The notes: generated by a model from the letters alone, not told the origin. A DNA stretch of 64,000 bases from an uncultured beta proteobacterium (GCA_963789885.1 CAWBNB010000017.1:13939-77938), one strand, 5' to 3'. Positions 18,818 to 29,232 are shown, counted from the first letter of the stretch. A program made the numbers and translations.

Positions 18818-19018
18818 TCAGCTCGCGCACTTCTTCACGAACGAGTCGCGCGCGGCACCGTGGAGCTTCTTCTCGTCGGCCTGGGCGTTGCACGCTGCGG
18901 TCTTGTCGCCGCCGCCCTTGAGGCAGGTGCTCATGAACGCGTTGCGGTCGTCGCCCTTCATGCCCTTGTCGGACGCCTGTTTGCTGCAGTTGCTCATGCG
19001 CTGCTGCTGCGGTGTCAT
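18818..19018 (-). CDS. psiF: PsiF-like repeat protein (leader region apparently disrupted)
   Basis: MTPQQQRMSNCSKQASDKGMKGDDRNAFMSTCLKGG + TAACNAQADEKKLHGAARDSFVKKCAS is two PsiF-type Cys repeats. There is no in-frame signal peptide (see finding). Confidence 0.5.
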   Translation of the reverse strand: MTPQQQRMSNCSKQASDKGMKGDDRNAFMSTCLKGGGDKTAACNAQADEKKLHGAARDSFVKKCAS

Positions 19019-19173
19019 CTCTTTCTTCGCGTCTGTGGGCCTGCGCCGCAGCGCTGCGGCCGGCGCACAGCGCGGCGGCGAGACACGGCGGCGATCAGCT
19101 GCTGCAGGATGGTGTTGCTCCTCTACTCGTCTCTCGGAAAGCGCGACCGCGTACGGTCCCGGCCGTGGACCCT

Positions 19174-20133
19174 TCAACGCCCCCCGTCGGTTCCCGTTGA
19201 CGCGTCGCGTTCCATCTCCGCCTGCTGGCGCTCCATGAACTCCTCGGTCGAGTTGTAGCCGCGGAGCTGCAGGATGTAGTTGCGCACCGCCGCCTCGATC
19301 AGTACCGCGAGGTTGCGGCCGACCGCGACCGGGATGCCGACCTTGCGGACCGTGACGCCGAGGATGTCCTCGGCGAGCGCGTGCAGGGGCAGCCGCTCCG
19401 CGGGCGGCGCGGCCGACGGCGTCGGACGCTCGAGGTGCACGACCAGCCGCAGGTTCATCCGCGGCCGCACCGCGGTCTCGCCGAAGATCGTGCGGATGTT
19501 GAGCACGCCGAGGCCGCGCACCTCGAGGAAGTCCTTGAGGAGCGGCGGGCAGCGGCCTTCCAGCGTGTCGGATCCGATGCGCGAGATCTCGACGACGTCG
19601 TCGGCAACGAGGCCGTGGCCGCGGCTGATGAGCTCGAGGCCGAGCTCGCTCTTGCCGACGCCGGAGTCGCCGGTGATCAGGACGCCGAGGCCGAGCACGT
19701 CCATGAAGACGCCGTGCCGCGTCGTCATCTCCGCCAGGCTCCGGGAGAGATAGCGGCGCAGCTTGTCGATGAGCAGCGCGGCCGGGAGCGGCGAGGCGAA
19801 GAGCGCGATTCCGCGCGCTTCGGCGACCTGTGCGAGCCGCGGGTGGCCGGGCACGTCGTCGGCGAGGAGCACCGCGGCGGGGGCGCCCTGCAGCCCGAGC
19901 TCGATCAGGCGCTCGAGCCGCGGGCCCTCGAGCGCGGCGAGGTGCGCCTGCTCGTGGCGTCCGATGACCTGGATGCGATTCGGGTGGATGAGGTTGAGGT
20001 GGCCGACGAACGCGGCCGACTCGGTGGCGTCGGCGCGGATGATTGCGCCGCCGCCCTGCTTGCCGCCTATCCAGGCGAGCTCGAGCTTCTCCGCCGCATC
20101 CTCATACAGCCGCGCGACGCTGGTCTGCAACAT
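19174..20133 (-). CDS. hprK: HPr kinase/phosphorylase
   Basis: 319 aa. Walker A GDSGVGKSELGLELISRGHGLVADD. Located in the rpoN-ptsN cluster. Confidence 0.9.
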   Translation of the reverse strand: MLQTSVARLYEDAAEKLELAWIGGKQGGGAIIRADATESAAFVGHLNLIHPNRIQVIGRHEQAHLAALEGPRLERLIELGLQGAPAAVLLADDVPGHPRLAQVAEARGIALFASPLPAALLIDKLRRYLSRSLAEMTTRHGVFMDVLGLGVLITGDSGVGKSELGLELISRGHGLVADDVVEISRIGSDTLEGRCPPLLKDFLEVRGLGVLNIRTIFGETAVRPRMNLRLVVHLERPTPSAAPPAERLPLHALAEDILGVTVRKVGIPVAVGRNLAVLIEAAVRNYILQLRGYNSTEEFMERQQAEMERDASTGTDGGR

Positions 20134-20587
20134 ACGGCTGCCACGCGGAGACGAGCTGGTGGAGAGCGGCGGCGTCGGCGACGGTCGCGAGGCTCTGGCG
20201 CAGGTCCCGGTCGCTGAACATCTGCGCCAGCTCGCTGAGAATCTCGAGATGCTGCTCGGTCGCCTGCTCCGGAACGAGCAGCACGAAGATCAGGTTCACC
20301 GGGCGCCCGTCGGGCGCGTCGAACGCGACTGCGGTCTTCAGCCGCAGGAACGCGCCGATCGGCTCCTTCAGGCCCTTGATCCTGCCGTGGGGGATCGCGA
20401 CGCCCTGGCCGAGCCCGGTGGAACCGAGCCGCTCGCGCGCGAAGAGGCTGTCGAACACCAGGCTGCGGGCGACGCTCTGGTTGTTCTCGAACAGGAGTCC
20501 GACCTGCTCGAACATCCGCTTCTTGCTGCTCGCCTCGGTGTCGAGGACGATGTTCGACTGCGGGAGCAGCTTCGCGATCAGGTTCAT
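20102..20587 (-). CDS. ptsN: PTS IIA-Ntr nitrogen regulatory protein
   Basis: 161 aa. GLGQGVAIPHGR active-site His motif. Directly downstream of hpf/rpoN. Confidence 0.9.
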   Translation of the reverse strand: MNLIAKLLPQSNIVLDTEASSKKRMFEQVGLLFENNQSVARSLVFDSLFARERLGSTGLGQGVAIPHGRIKGLKEPIGAFLRLKTAVAFDAPDGRPVNLIFVLLVPEQATEQHLEILSELAQMFSDRDLRQSLATVADAAALHQLVSAWQPYVADQRRAAV

Positions 20588-20706
20588 CCGCGTGTCCGGG
20601 GGTTCGGAGGCGCGTTATTGTACTCGTACCGCCCCCCAGACATCGCAACAAGGGTTGTTACAAACGGGGACACGCGGGCGCCGGGTGCGGCCGCCGTCCG
20701 GGGCGG

Positions 20707-21027
20707 TCAGCTCTCGGAGTGGCGCTTGAGCGCGTCGTGGGGCTTTGCGTACGCGCGGTCCTTGTACTTGATGAGCTTGCGGTCGAGCTTGTCGGCGAGC
20801 GCGTCGATCGCGGCGTAGAGATCGCCGTCGACGTGCTCGACGAAAATGTCCTGGCCGGGGAGGTGCACGTTCGCCTCGGCCTTCTGGGTCAGCTTCTCGA
20901 CCGTCAGGATCACGCTGACCGCGGTGGCGTGGTCGCAGTGGCGCATCACCCGGTCGAGCTTCGCCTCAACGTAGGTGCGGATCGCCGGCGTGACGGCGAC
21001 GTGATGGCCGGTGACGGTCAGGTTCAT
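20707..21027 (-). CDS. hpf: ribosome hibernation promoting factor (sigma-54 modulation protein)
   Basis: 106 aa. MNLTVTGHHVAVTPAIRTYVEAKLDRV.. is an S30AE/HPF short form, next to rpoN. Confidence 0.9.
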   Translation of the reverse strand: MNLTVTGHHVAVTPAIRTYVEAKLDRVMRHCDHATAVSVILTVEKLTQKAEANVHLPGQDIFVEHVDGDLYAAIDALADKLDRKLIKYKDRAYAKPHDALKRHSES

Positions 21028-21045
21028 CGCGGGTCTCCTCGAGGG

Positions 21046-22494
21046 TTACAGCGTTTTGCGGAGATTGACCGGCGGGATGTGCATCGATTCGCGGTACTTG
21101 GCGATGGTGCGCCGGGCGACGACGATGCCCTGCTGGCCGAGGATCTGCGAGATCTTGGAGTCGGAGAGCGGCTTCTTCGCGTCCTCGGCCCCGACGAGCT
21201 GCTTGATCAGGGCGCGGATCGCGGTCGCCGAGCACGCCCCGCCCGCCTCGGTGGCGACGTGGCTGCCGAAGAAGTACTTGAGCTCGAAGATGCCGCGGGG
21301 CGTGGCCATGAACTTCTGCGTGGTCACGCGCGACACGGTGGACTCGTGCAGGCCGAGCGCGTCCGCGATCTCGCGCAGGACGAGCGGCCGCATCGCGACC
21401 TCGCCGTGATCGAAGAAGTGGCGCTGGCGGTCGACGATCGACTGCGACACGCGCTGGATGGTCTCGAAGCGCTGCTGCACGTTCTTGATCAGCCAGCGGG
21501 CTTCCTGCAGCTGCGAGGTGAGCTGGCCGCCCTGGCCGCGGTTCGACTGCAGGATGTCGGCGTAGATGCGGTTGATGCGCAGCTTCGGCATCGCGTCCGG
21601 ATTGAGGCTCGCCGTCCAGACGCCCTTGAGCTTCCGCACGATCACGTCGGCGACGACGTAGCGCGTCTCGAGCGCGGAATACGCGCCGCCGGGGCGCGGG
21701 TTCAGGCTCTGGATCAGCCGGTGCGCGGTGCGCAGGCTCGCGTCGTCGCAGCCGAAGAGCTTCTTCAGCTTCGCGAAGTCGCGCGCGGCGAGGAGCGGAA
21801 GCTGCTCGCGCACGATCCGGAGCGCGACCGCGAGCCCCGGCGTCGACTCGGGCAGCGTGAGGAGCTGCAGCTCGAGGCACTCGGCCGGCGAACGGGCGCC
21901 GACGCCGGTCGGATCGAGGTTCTGCAGATGCTTGAGCGCGATCGCGAGCTCGTCGGGCTCGATCGCGAGCTCGCCGGGGAGCATCGCGGCGATCTCTTCC
22001 AGCGGCTGGGTGAGGTAGCCGTCCTCGTCGAGCGCGTCGACGAGCAGCGCCACCAGTTTCCGGTCGCGGTTCGGCAGCGGCGTGAGCGAGACCTGCTGCA
22101 GCAGGTGGTCGCGGAGCGAGGGCGATTCGGCGGCGAGCTGGGGATAGTCGGAGTCGTCCGAGTCGTCGCGGGAGGTGCCCGAGCCGCTCGACTCGAGGTA
22201 CCAGTCGGCGTCCGGGCTGCGCGAATCGTCGTCGGCAGGCGGCGCGTCGGGCTTCTCGGGCGCCTCGGGCTCGGCGGTCGTCGTGGTCGTCGTCGTGGAC
22301 GTGCCGTTCAGCCGCGCGCCCGGGGGCGCCTCCTCCTCGCCTTCGTCGCGCTCGAGGAGCGGATTTTCGGCGAGAAAGCGCTCGAGCTCCTGGTTCAGTT
22401 CCAGGGTCGAGAGCTGGAGGAGCCGGATCGACTGCTGCAGCTGCGGCGTCAGCGTGAGGTGCTGCGTCAGCTTGAGCTGCAGGGTTTGTTTCAT
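21046..22494 (-). CDS. rpoN: RNA polymerase sigma-54 factor
   Basis: 482 aa. N-terminal LQLKLTQHLTLTPQLQQSIRLLQLSTLEL, acidic region II, C-terminal RpoN box ARRTIAKYR. Confidence 0.95.
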   Translation of the reverse strand: MKQTLQLKLTQHLTLTPQLQQSIRLLQLSTLELNQELERFLAENPLLERDEGEEEAPPGARLNGTSTTTTTTTAEPEAPEKPDAPPADDDSRSPDADWYLESSGSGTSRDDSDDSDYPQLAAESPSLRDHLLQQVSLTPLPNRDRKLVALLVDALDEDGYLTQPLEEIAAMLPGELAIEPDELAIALKHLQNLDPTGVGARSPAECLELQLLTLPESTPGLAVALRIVREQLPLLAARDFAKLKKLFGCDDASLRTAHRLIQSLNPRPGGAYSALETRYVVADVIVRKLKGVWTASLNPDAMPKLRINRIYADILQSNRGQGGQLTSQLQEARWLIKNVQQRFETIQRVSQSIVDRQRHFFDHGEVAMRPLVLREIADALGLHESTVSRVTTQKFMATPRGIFELKYFFGSHVATEAGGACSATAIRALIKQLVGAEDAKKPLSDSKISQILGQQGIVVARRTIAKYRESMHIPPVNLRKTL

Positions 22495-22617
22495 GCGTGG
22501 CGGGGGGAGGGGCGGTCGGTCGAGTCTCGCGGGTTGCTGTTCGTTCCCTGGGCGCCAGGGCGGCGCCGTCGGACCCTGCCGGCCGCGAAGACCGGGTCGA
22601 TACCGACCCGGCGCTTC

Positions 22618-23394
22618 TTAGAGGCGGAAGTGCTCGCCTAGGTAAACGCGCCTGACATTTTCATTATAAACAATCTCCTCCGGCTTGCCGGAAGCAAGTA
22701 CCGAGCCTTCGTTAATTATGTACGCCCGGTCGCAAATTCCCAGGGTTTCCCGGACGTTATGGTCGGTGATCAGGACCCCTATGCCGCGTTCCCGCAGGAA
22801 CCGGATGATCCGCTGGATGTCCAGGACGGCGATCGGATCGACCCCCGCGAACGGCTCGTCGAGCAGGATGAACGCCGGCCGCGTCGCGAGCGCCCGGCAG
22901 ATCTCGACGCGCCGCCGCTCCCCGCCGGACAGCGACAGGGCTGGCGCATCGCGCAGGTGCGCAATGTGCAGCTCGCCGAGGAGCTCGTCGAGGCGCGCCT
23001 CGACCGCCTCGGGTTCGAGCGCCATCAGCTCGAGCACCGCGCGGACGTTCTCCTGCACGGTAAGCCGACGGAACACCGACGCCTCCTGCGGCAGATAGGA
23101 CAGGCCGAGCCGCGCGCGCCGGTGGATCGGGAGGCGCGTGATGTCGCGTTCCTCGACGAAGATGCGGCCGCCATCGGCCGGGACCAGGCCGACGATCATG
23201 TAGAAGCAGGTGGTCTTGCCCGCACCGTTCGGCCCGAGCAGGCCGACCACTTCGCCGCTCATCACCTCGAGCGAGACGTCGCGCACGACGGTTCGCTTCT
23301 TGTAGCGCTTGTTGAGCGCGGCGGTGCGCAGGTGGGTCGCCCGCGCGGCCACCGGCGGCGCGGCGAGCGTCGTACGCGTCAGGGGCTCGTTCAC
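22618..23394 (-). CDS. lptB: LPS export ABC transporter ATP-binding protein
   Basis: Walker [10 protein letters not shown], signature [11 protein letters not shown], Walker B ILLDEP. Follows lptA. Confidence 0.95.
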   Translation of the reverse strand: MNEPLTRTTLAAPPVAARATHLRTAALNKRYKKRTVVRDVSLEVMSGEVVGLLGPNGAGKTTCFYMIVGLVPADGGRIFVEERDITRLPIHRRARLGLSYLPQEASVFRRLTVQENVRAVLELMALEPEAVEARLDELLGELHIAHLRDAPALSLSGGERRRVEICRALATRPAFILLDEPFAGVDPIAVLDIQRIIRFLRERGIGVLITDHNVRETLGICDRAYIINEGSVLASGKPEEIVYNENVRRVYLGEHFRL

Positions 23395-23972
23395 TGGCGA
23401 CCCGTTTCGAGCCCGGGCGCGGGCTTGAGCTCGAGCCCGGGCGCGCGCGCGCCGCCGCCGTCGTCCTTCTTCTTCGGCTGGATCGTCGCGCGCACCCGGG
23501 CGTCGCGGCCGCCGGCGGCGGACGGCAGCTCCTTCGACCCCTGCACCCGGTAGACCTCGGAGCGCGTGTCGTACGAAATGTAGTTGCCGCGCACCTCGTC
23601 CTTGTCGCGCGAGACCCGCGCCTTGTCAAAGAGCTCGACCCGCTCGACCTTGCCGTCGTACTCGATCCGCAGCGCCTCGCCGTCGATCCACTCGTCCACG
23701 CCGTCGCGCTTCTGCCGGAACGTCGCCGGACTGCCGACCGCCACGCCCGACTGGAAGCCCTCCTTGTCCTGGCGCACCGTGAGCTTGTCGGCGCGCAGCA
23801 CGAACGTGCCCTGCGTCAGCACGACGCGCCCCTCGAAGACGACGGTCTGCTTGCCGTCGTCGGCGAGCATCCGGTCGGCCTCGACGTTCAGCGGCTTGTC
23901 GCGGTCGGCGCGCTCGGCGCGCACCGGCGCTGCGGCGAGGGCGGCGAGGAGGATGACGAGCGCCGCGCGCAC
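23391..23972 (-). CDS. lptA: LPS transport periplasmic protein LptA
   Basis: 193 aa. Signal peptide [19 protein letters not shown], OstA-like repeats. Sits between lptC and lptB. Confidence 0.85.
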   Translation of the reverse strand: MRAALVILLAALAAAPVRAERADRDKPLNVEADRMLADDGKQTVVFEGRVVLTQGTFVLRADKLTVRQDKEGFQSGVAVGSPATFRQKRDGVDEWIDGEALRIEYDGKVERVELFDKARVSRDKDEVRGNYISYDTRSEVYRVQGSKELPSAAGGRDARVRATIQPKKKDDGGGARAPGLELKPAPGLETGRQ

Positions 23973-23975
23973 CGC

Positions 23976-24551
23976 TCATCCCGCCGAGCGGACGAACGTG
24001 CCGTTCACCTTGGCCTTCAGCTCGAGCACGCGCGTCTTGGTGTTGTAGTCCATGCCGACCCCGCTGAGCCGCGATTCGCCTTCCGTGATCACCACGGCCT
24101 CGGGCGTGCGCGCGATGTCCTCCTTCGGGAAGACCTGCAGAAACGTCGTTTCCATCTGTTGCGCGGGGCGCCCCTTCGCCGCCTCGCGCGTCACGCGGAC
24201 GTTGCCGTAGAGGCGCACCTCCTCGCCGTCCTTCGTGACCGTTCCGCGCTCGGCCGAGATCCGCACCGGCGGTCCCTCCTCGCGGTACTGCACGAGCCGC
24301 GGCTCCTCGAGCTCGGTCGTCTGGTCGTCCGGAAAGTGGATCATCCGGCGCGCGGTTAACGAGGAGTCCGGGCGTCCGGTCTTGTCGAGGTTCGTGGCGG
24401 TGAACCGCTCGACGATGAAATCGGGATCGTGCTCGAGCAGGTTCGGCTGGCCGCCGCCGGGCGCGTTGACCGCGCGTTCGAGCCACAGGGTGAGCGCCGC
24501 CAGGCCGGCGGCGATCGCCAGCGAGAACAGCGTGTTGGTCCGTACCTTCAT
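23976..24551 (-). CDS. lptC: LPS export system protein LptC
   Basis: 191 aa. N-terminal anchor LFSLAIAAGLAALTLWL. Conserved kdsC-lptC-lptA-lptB order. Confidence 0.8.
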   Translation of the reverse strand: MKVRTNTLFSLAIAAGLAALTLWLERAVNAPGGGQPNLLEHDPDFIVERFTATNLDKTGRPDSSLTARRMIHFPDDQTTELEEPRLVQYREEGPPVRISAERGTVTKDGEEVRLYGNVRVTREAAKGRPAQQMETTFLQVFPKEDIARTPEAVVITEGESRLSGVGMDYNTKTRVLELKAKVNGTFVRSAG

Positions 24552-24568
24552 GCGAGTCGTCCAACACT

Positions 24569-24590
24569 ACGAGGGGGCACGCCCCCTCGT
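24569..24590. other. perfect GC-rich inverted repeat (10-bp arms, 2-nt centre)
   Basis: ACGAGGGGGC-AC-GCCCCCTCGT in the kdsC-lptC intergenic gap. Confidence 0.6.
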
Positions 24591-24630
24591 GCTCCCCGAA
24601 GCCAGGAAACCGATGCCTGCGTCCTCGGTT

Positions 24631-25155
24631 TCACGTCAGATACCGTCCGATCGCGCCGTCGAGCGCGCCGCGCGCCGCGAGGATGACCTCGCAGACCTCG
24701 CGCACTGCACCGTGACCGCCGGGACGCCGGCTGACGTAGTGCACCCGCGCGCGCACCGCCTCCGGCGCGTCCGGAACGGTCGCAGCGAACCCGCAGCGCA
24801 CGAGGAGCGGCAGGTCCGGGAGATCGTCTCCCATGTAGCCGCAGGCGCTCAGCGCCAGCCCGAGCTGCGCGCGCAAGGCGTCCAGCACGGCGAGCTTGTC
24901 GTCCGCGCCCTGGAAGAGCCGCGTGATCCCGAGCTCCGCCGCCCGCTTCGCCACCACCCGCGAGCTGCGCCCGGTGATCAGCGCGAGCTCGATGCCGGCG
25001 CCCGCGAGCAGCTTCAGCCCGAGTCCGTCGAGGGTATGGAAGCTCTTCATCTCCTCGCCGCCGTCGGTGAGATAGAGCGCGCCGTCGGTCAGCACGCCGT
25101 CGACGTCGAACGCCATCAGCCTAAGCGCGCGTGCCCGCTCGAGCGCGGCGTCCAT
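24631..25155 (-). CDS. kdsC: 3-deoxy-D-manno-octulosonate 8-phosphate phosphatase
   Basis: 174 aa. HAD motif FDVDGVLTDG, ..YMGDDLPDLP... Confidence 0.9.
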   Translation of the reverse strand: MDAALERARALRLMAFDVDGVLTDGALYLTDGGEEMKSFHTLDGLGLKLLAGAGIELALITGRSSRVVAKRAAELGITRLFQGADDKLAVLDALRAQLGLALSACGYMGDDLPDLPLLVRCGFAATVPDAPEAVRARVHYVSRRPGGHGAVREVCEVILAARGALDGAIGRYLT

Positions 25156-25159
25156 GCTC

Positions 25160-26164
25160 CTAGATGACCTTCGCGCGGAAGAGGTCGTGGATGTTGAGCG
25201 CGCCGACGAGCCGCCCGCCGGGGTCGACGACCGGCAGTTGCGTCGTCTTGTGCTTCTCCATCAGCTCGACCGCCTCGGCGGCGAGCGCTTCCGGGCGGAT
25301 CGAGCGCGGATTGCGCGTCATGACCGCGTCGATCGGCGTCGCGTGCACGTCGATCCCGCGCCCGAGCGCACGCCGCAGATCGCCGTCGGTGAAGATGCCG
25401 ACGAGGCGCTGGTCGGGCCCGACCACCGCGGTCATGCCCATGCGCTTCTTCGAGATCTCGAGCACGGCGTCGGCGAACGCCGCGCCCTCGGCGACGATCG
25501 GGATCTCGTCGCCGGTGCGCATCACGTCGCGCACGTGCGTGAGGAGACGCCGGCCCAGGATACCGCCCGGGTGGGAGCGCGCGAAATCCTCGTGGCCGAA
25601 CCCGCGCGCGTCGAGCGCCGCCACCGCGAGCGCGTCGCCGAGCGCGAGCGCCGCGGTCGTGCTCGCGGTCGGCGCGAGGTTGAGCGGGCAGGCCTCCTTC
25701 TCGACGCCGGCGTCGAGGACGACGTCGGCGAGACTCGCCAGCGCGGATTGCGGGTTCCCGGTCATCGCGATCAGCGGCGCGCCGAGGCGCTTCACCAGCG
25801 GCAGGATCGTCATCAGCTCGTCGCTCTCGCCCGAATGCGAAAGCGCGAGCACGACGTCGTCGCGGGTGATCATGCCGAGGTCGCCGTGGCTCGCCTCGCC
25901 GGGATGGACGAAGAACGACGGCGTGCCGGTGCTCGCCAAGGTGGAGGCGATCTTGCGGCCGATCTGCCCGGACTTGCCGATGCCGGTGACGACCACGCGT
26001 CCGCGGCAGGCAAGGATCAGGCGCAGCGCCTCGAGGAATCGGCCGTCCAGCCGCGCGGCGAGCGCGGCCACCGCCTGCGCCTCGATCTCGAGCACCTCGC
26101 GCGCAAGGCGCAGCGCATCCTCCGACACCGCCGGTTGGTCGACGCTCGACGCTGTCGTTATCAT
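25160..26164 (-). CDS. kdsD: arabinose-5-phosphate isomerase (KdsD/KpsF)
   Basis: 334 aa. SIS domain GIGKSG.., plus tandem CBS domains at the C-terminus. Confidence 0.9.
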   Translation of the reverse strand: MITTASSVDQPAVSEDALRLAREVLEIEAQAVAALAARLDGRFLEALRLILACRGRVVVTGIGKSGQIGRKIASTLASTGTPSFFVHPGEASHGDLGMITRDDVVLALSHSGESDELMTILPLVKRLGAPLIAMTGNPQSALASLADVVLDAGVEKEACPLNLAPTASTTAALALGDALAVAALDARGFGHEDFARSHPGGILGRRLLTHVRDVMRTGDEIPIVAEGAAFADAVLEISKKRMGMTAVVGPDQRLVGIFTDGDLRRALGRGIDVHATPIDAVMTRNPRSIRPEALAAEAVELMEKHKTTQLPVVDPGGRLVGALNIHDLFRAKVI

Positions 26165-26199
26165 CGGGAAAAGTATAGCAAAGGGGGGCTCCCGCCACC

Positions 26200-28170
26200 G
26201 TGAGCCACGCGCTCGAACTGGTTCTCATCCTGCTCGCGAGCGCGGTGCTCGTCGTGGTGGTGTTCCGCACTCTCCAGCTCCCGCCGCTCCTCGGCTACCT
26301 CATCGTCGGCGTCGCGATCGGTCCCCACGCCCTCGGCTGGATCGCCGAGGACCGGAACACCGCCTACCTTGGCGAGTTCGGGGTGGTGTTCCTGATGTTC
26401 AGCATCGGGCTCGAGTTCAGTCTGCCGAGGCTCGTGCAGATGCGCCGCCTCGTGCTCGGACTCGGCGGGCTGCAGGTCGTGCTCACCACCGCGCTCTTTA
26501 CGGCGCTTCTCGCCGTCGGCGGCACCCGCTGGCAGGGCGCGCTCGCGCTCGGCGCGGCGCTGGCGATGTCGTCGACCGCGATCGTCGTGCGCATGCTCGC
26601 CGAACGGATGCAGACCGAGACGCCGCACGGCCGCGAGGTCATCGGCGTGCTGCTCGCGCAGGACCTGGCGGTGGTGCCATTGCTCGTCCTCGTCCCGGCG
26701 CTCGCGCGCGCCGAGGGCGACCTCGCCGGCGCGCTCGGGCTCGCGGCGCTCAAGGCGGCGGCGATCCTCGGCGCGGTGTTCTGGCTCGGCCAGAAGCTCA
26801 TGCCCTCGTGGTTCGACCTGGTCGCGAAGCGCCGCTCGCACGAGCTCTTCATCATCAACGTCCTGTTCATCACGCTCGCGTCGGCATACCTCACCGAGGT
26901 CGCGGGACTCTCGCTCGCGCTCGGCGCGTTCGTCGCCGGCGTGCTCATCTCCGAGACGCAGTACCGGCACCAGGTCGAGGAGGACATCAAGCCGTTCCGG
27001 GAGGTGCTGCTCGGCCTCTTCTTCATCACCGTCGGGATGCAGCTCGACCTGCACGTGGTGGCGGCGCACCCTGGTCTGGTCGCGGTGATGTTCGTCGTGC
27101 CGCTCGCGGCCAAATTCGCGATCGTCGTCGGCCTGTCGCGTGTGCTCGGCGCCACCCCGGGGACCGCGCTCCGGAGCGGGCTCGCGCTCGCGCAGGCGGG
27201 CGAGTTCGGCCTGGTGCTCGTTGCGCGCGGCGCCGAGCTCGCGCTGTTCGACGCGATGCTCGTCCAGGCCGCGATCGCCGGCATGGTGCTGTCGATGCTC
27301 GCCGGGCTGTTCCTGATCCAGTACAGCGACCGCATCGTGCTGCGGGTGTCGGGATCGGAGTGGATGCTGCGGGCGTTGCAGCTGCACCAGGTCGCGGTTC
27401 GCAGCATCGGGACGGAGCGCCACGTCGTCGTATGCGGCTACGGCCGCACCGGGCAGAGCATCGCCCGCTTCCTCGAGCGCGAGAGCATCGGCTACGTCGC
27501 GCTCGATCTCGATCCGGAGCGAGTCCGGGAGGCGGCGGCCGCGGGCGACGCGGTCGTGTTCGGCGACGCGTCGCGCCGCGAGACGCTGATCGCGGCGGGT
27601 GTCCGGCGGGCCGCCGTGCTGGTCGTGACCTACATCGACCTGCCGTCGGCGCTCAAGGTGCTCGCCCACGCGCACGAGATCAACCCCGCGCTGCCGGTGA
27701 TCGTGCGCACGCGCGACGACAGCGGGCTCGAAAAACTCGAGGAGGCCGGGGCGGCGGAAGTGGTGCCGGACACCTTCGAGTCGAGCCTGATGCTCGCCTC
27801 GCACGCGATGCTCATGGTCGGAGTGCCGGTGCGGCGGGTGGTCGGCCAGATCCGCGCGGTGCGGGACCAGCGCTACCGGTCGCTCCGGGGCTTCTACCAT
27901 GGCGCTTCGGATGACGCGGCGGACCTGGACGAGGCGAATCAGCCGCGCCTGCATACGGTCAGCCTCGAGCCCGGCGCGCACGCCCTCGGACGTACGCTGG
28001 CCGAGCTCGACCTCGGCCAGCTTGGCGCGGAGGTCACCGCGGTGCGCCGGCGCGGCATCCGCGCCGACGAGCCGGGCCCGGAGACACGCCTCCAGGCGGG
28101 CGACGTCGTCGTGCTGCTTGGCCGGCCGGACGCGCTCGAGAGGGCGGAGGCGCGCCTGCTGCAGGGCTAG
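26200..28170 (+). CDS. CPA2-family monovalent cation:proton antiporter with RCK (TrkA-N/TrkA-C) domains (KefB/YbaL-like)
   Basis: 656 aa. About 12 TM Na+/H+-exchanger region, Rossmann VVVCGYGRTGQ, C-terminal TrkA-C-like segment. GTG start. Confidence 0.85.
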   Translation: MSHALELVLILLASAVLVVVVFRTLQLPPLLGYLIVGVAIGPHALGWIAEDRNTAYLGEFGVVFLMFSIGLEFSLPRLVQMRRLVLGLGGLQVVLTTALFTALLAVGGTRWQGALALGAALAMSSTAIVVRMLAERMQTETPHGREVIGVLLAQDLAVVPLLVLVPALARAEGDLAGALGLAALKAAAILGAVFWLGQKLMPSWFDLVAKRRSHELFIINVLFITLASAYLTEVAGLSLALGAFVAGVLISETQYRHQVEEDIKPFREVLLGLFFITVGMQLDLHVVAAHPGLVAVMFVVPLAAKFAIVVGLSRVLGATPGTALRSGLALAQAGEFGLVLVARGAELALFDAMLVQAAIAGMVLSMLAGLFLIQYSDRIVLRVSGSEWMLRALQLHQVAVRSIGTERHVVVCGYGRTGQSIARFLERESIGYVALDLDPERVREAAAAGDAVVFGDASRRETLIAAGVRRAAVLVVTYIDLPSALKVLAHAHEINPALPVIVRTRDDSGLEKLEEAGAAEVVPDTFESSLMLASHAMLMVGVPVRRVVGQIRAVRDQRYRSLRGFYHGASDDAADLDEANQPRLHTVSLEPGAHALGRTLAELDLGQLGAEVTAVRRRGIRADEPGPETRLQAGDVVVLLGRPDALERAEARLLQG

Positions 28171-28255
28171 AGAGACGGCCGCCGGTGAGGCAGCGGCCTG
28201 GCGTTGGGATGATGGGGGGCCGCCCCCGCTCAACGAGGACCAGCGGGCGGGCGCT

Positions 28256-28930
28256 TCAGTCGAGGCGCCGGCAGAGGATGTACTGCTCGTCCTGGCCCTC
28301 GGTGTAGTCGGCCACCGCAACCGTGTCGGCGAGCGGCTGGTTCGGCGCGGTCTGCCGGCGCCCGCGCAGGGAGCCACGCGCGGGGCTTAGCTCGTCGAGC
28401 TGCGCTTCAACACCGATCGCGATCTCGGCCGGCAGATTCGCCTGGCAGACCGCGAGGACCGGAAAGCCCATCGCGTCCTGCTGTACGCCCACGATCCCGC
28501 CGAACGGGTTGAGCGGCTGCGCGACGATGCTCACCTCCGGCGGCGGGAGCGCGACCAGTTCCGCGAGGCGCAAGTGCCACCAGTAGTTGAGCGTCTCGCC
28601 CTCGGTCGCGTTCACGGTGAGCGCGGCCATGGGATCCCCCGCGGGCGGCGGGTCGCGGTAGGTGCCGCTCAAACGGCTGTCGCCGTTGCCGTCCTTCGCG
28701 CGGCTGGGCCAGCGTGTCGTAGCCCGGGGATCGTCACCCGGCATCGCGACATAGCGATCGACATAGTACAGATGCGCGGTATGGACGCCGTTGAACTGGC
28801 TCGCGACAAGTTTGATGCGGGCCTGGATGACGATCGATCTCCCGGCGATGGCGCCACCGAACAGGAGGCCGACGAGGACTGCGACGATCGCAATCTCGGC
28901 CAACGTGAAGCCAGCCTGCGCGTGACGCAT
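28256..28930 (-). CDS. prepilin-type pilin, divergent third paralog
   Basis: MRHAQAG|FTLAEIAIV (G-1, F+1, E+5). Shares NYWWHLRLAELV and the C-terminal Cys pair (..AVCQANLP.. / ..ILCRRLD) with the two pilins upstream. Confidence 0.75.
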   Translation of the reverse strand: MRHAQAGFTLAEIAIVAVLVGLLFGGAIAGRSIVIQARIKLVASQFNGVHTAHLYYVDRYVAMPGDDPRATTRWPSRAKDGNGDSRLSGTYRDPPPAGDPMAALTVNATEGETLNYWWHLRLAELVALPPPEVSIVAQPLNPFGGIVGVQQDAMGFPVLAVCQANLPAEIAIGVEAQLDELSPARGSLRGRRQTAPNQPLADTVAVADYTEGQDEQYILCRRLD

Positions 28931-29232
28931 TTCCGCAAAGGTGTGTAGAGGGCGACTAAGACGTGCATATTTTCTCGTTTCGGTTCCACGGCTCGCGTGA
29001 CGGAATGCGCAAAGCGCGCACCGACGCTGCACGCGCCGCCGGGATCCGCTGTCGCATTGTTGACGATCGCGAGCGCGCATTGCAGTGCAGAGCGTTCAAC
29101 GATTGGCGGCAACTCGACGATCAGACTCCGGACTTGCGCCTGCTGCGACGCGATTGCAGCGGCGCGATCCCGCGCGCAAAGAAGCGTCGCCGACTACGTC
29201 CGAGACTTATGCTGCTGGGTCGCCGAGCGAAC

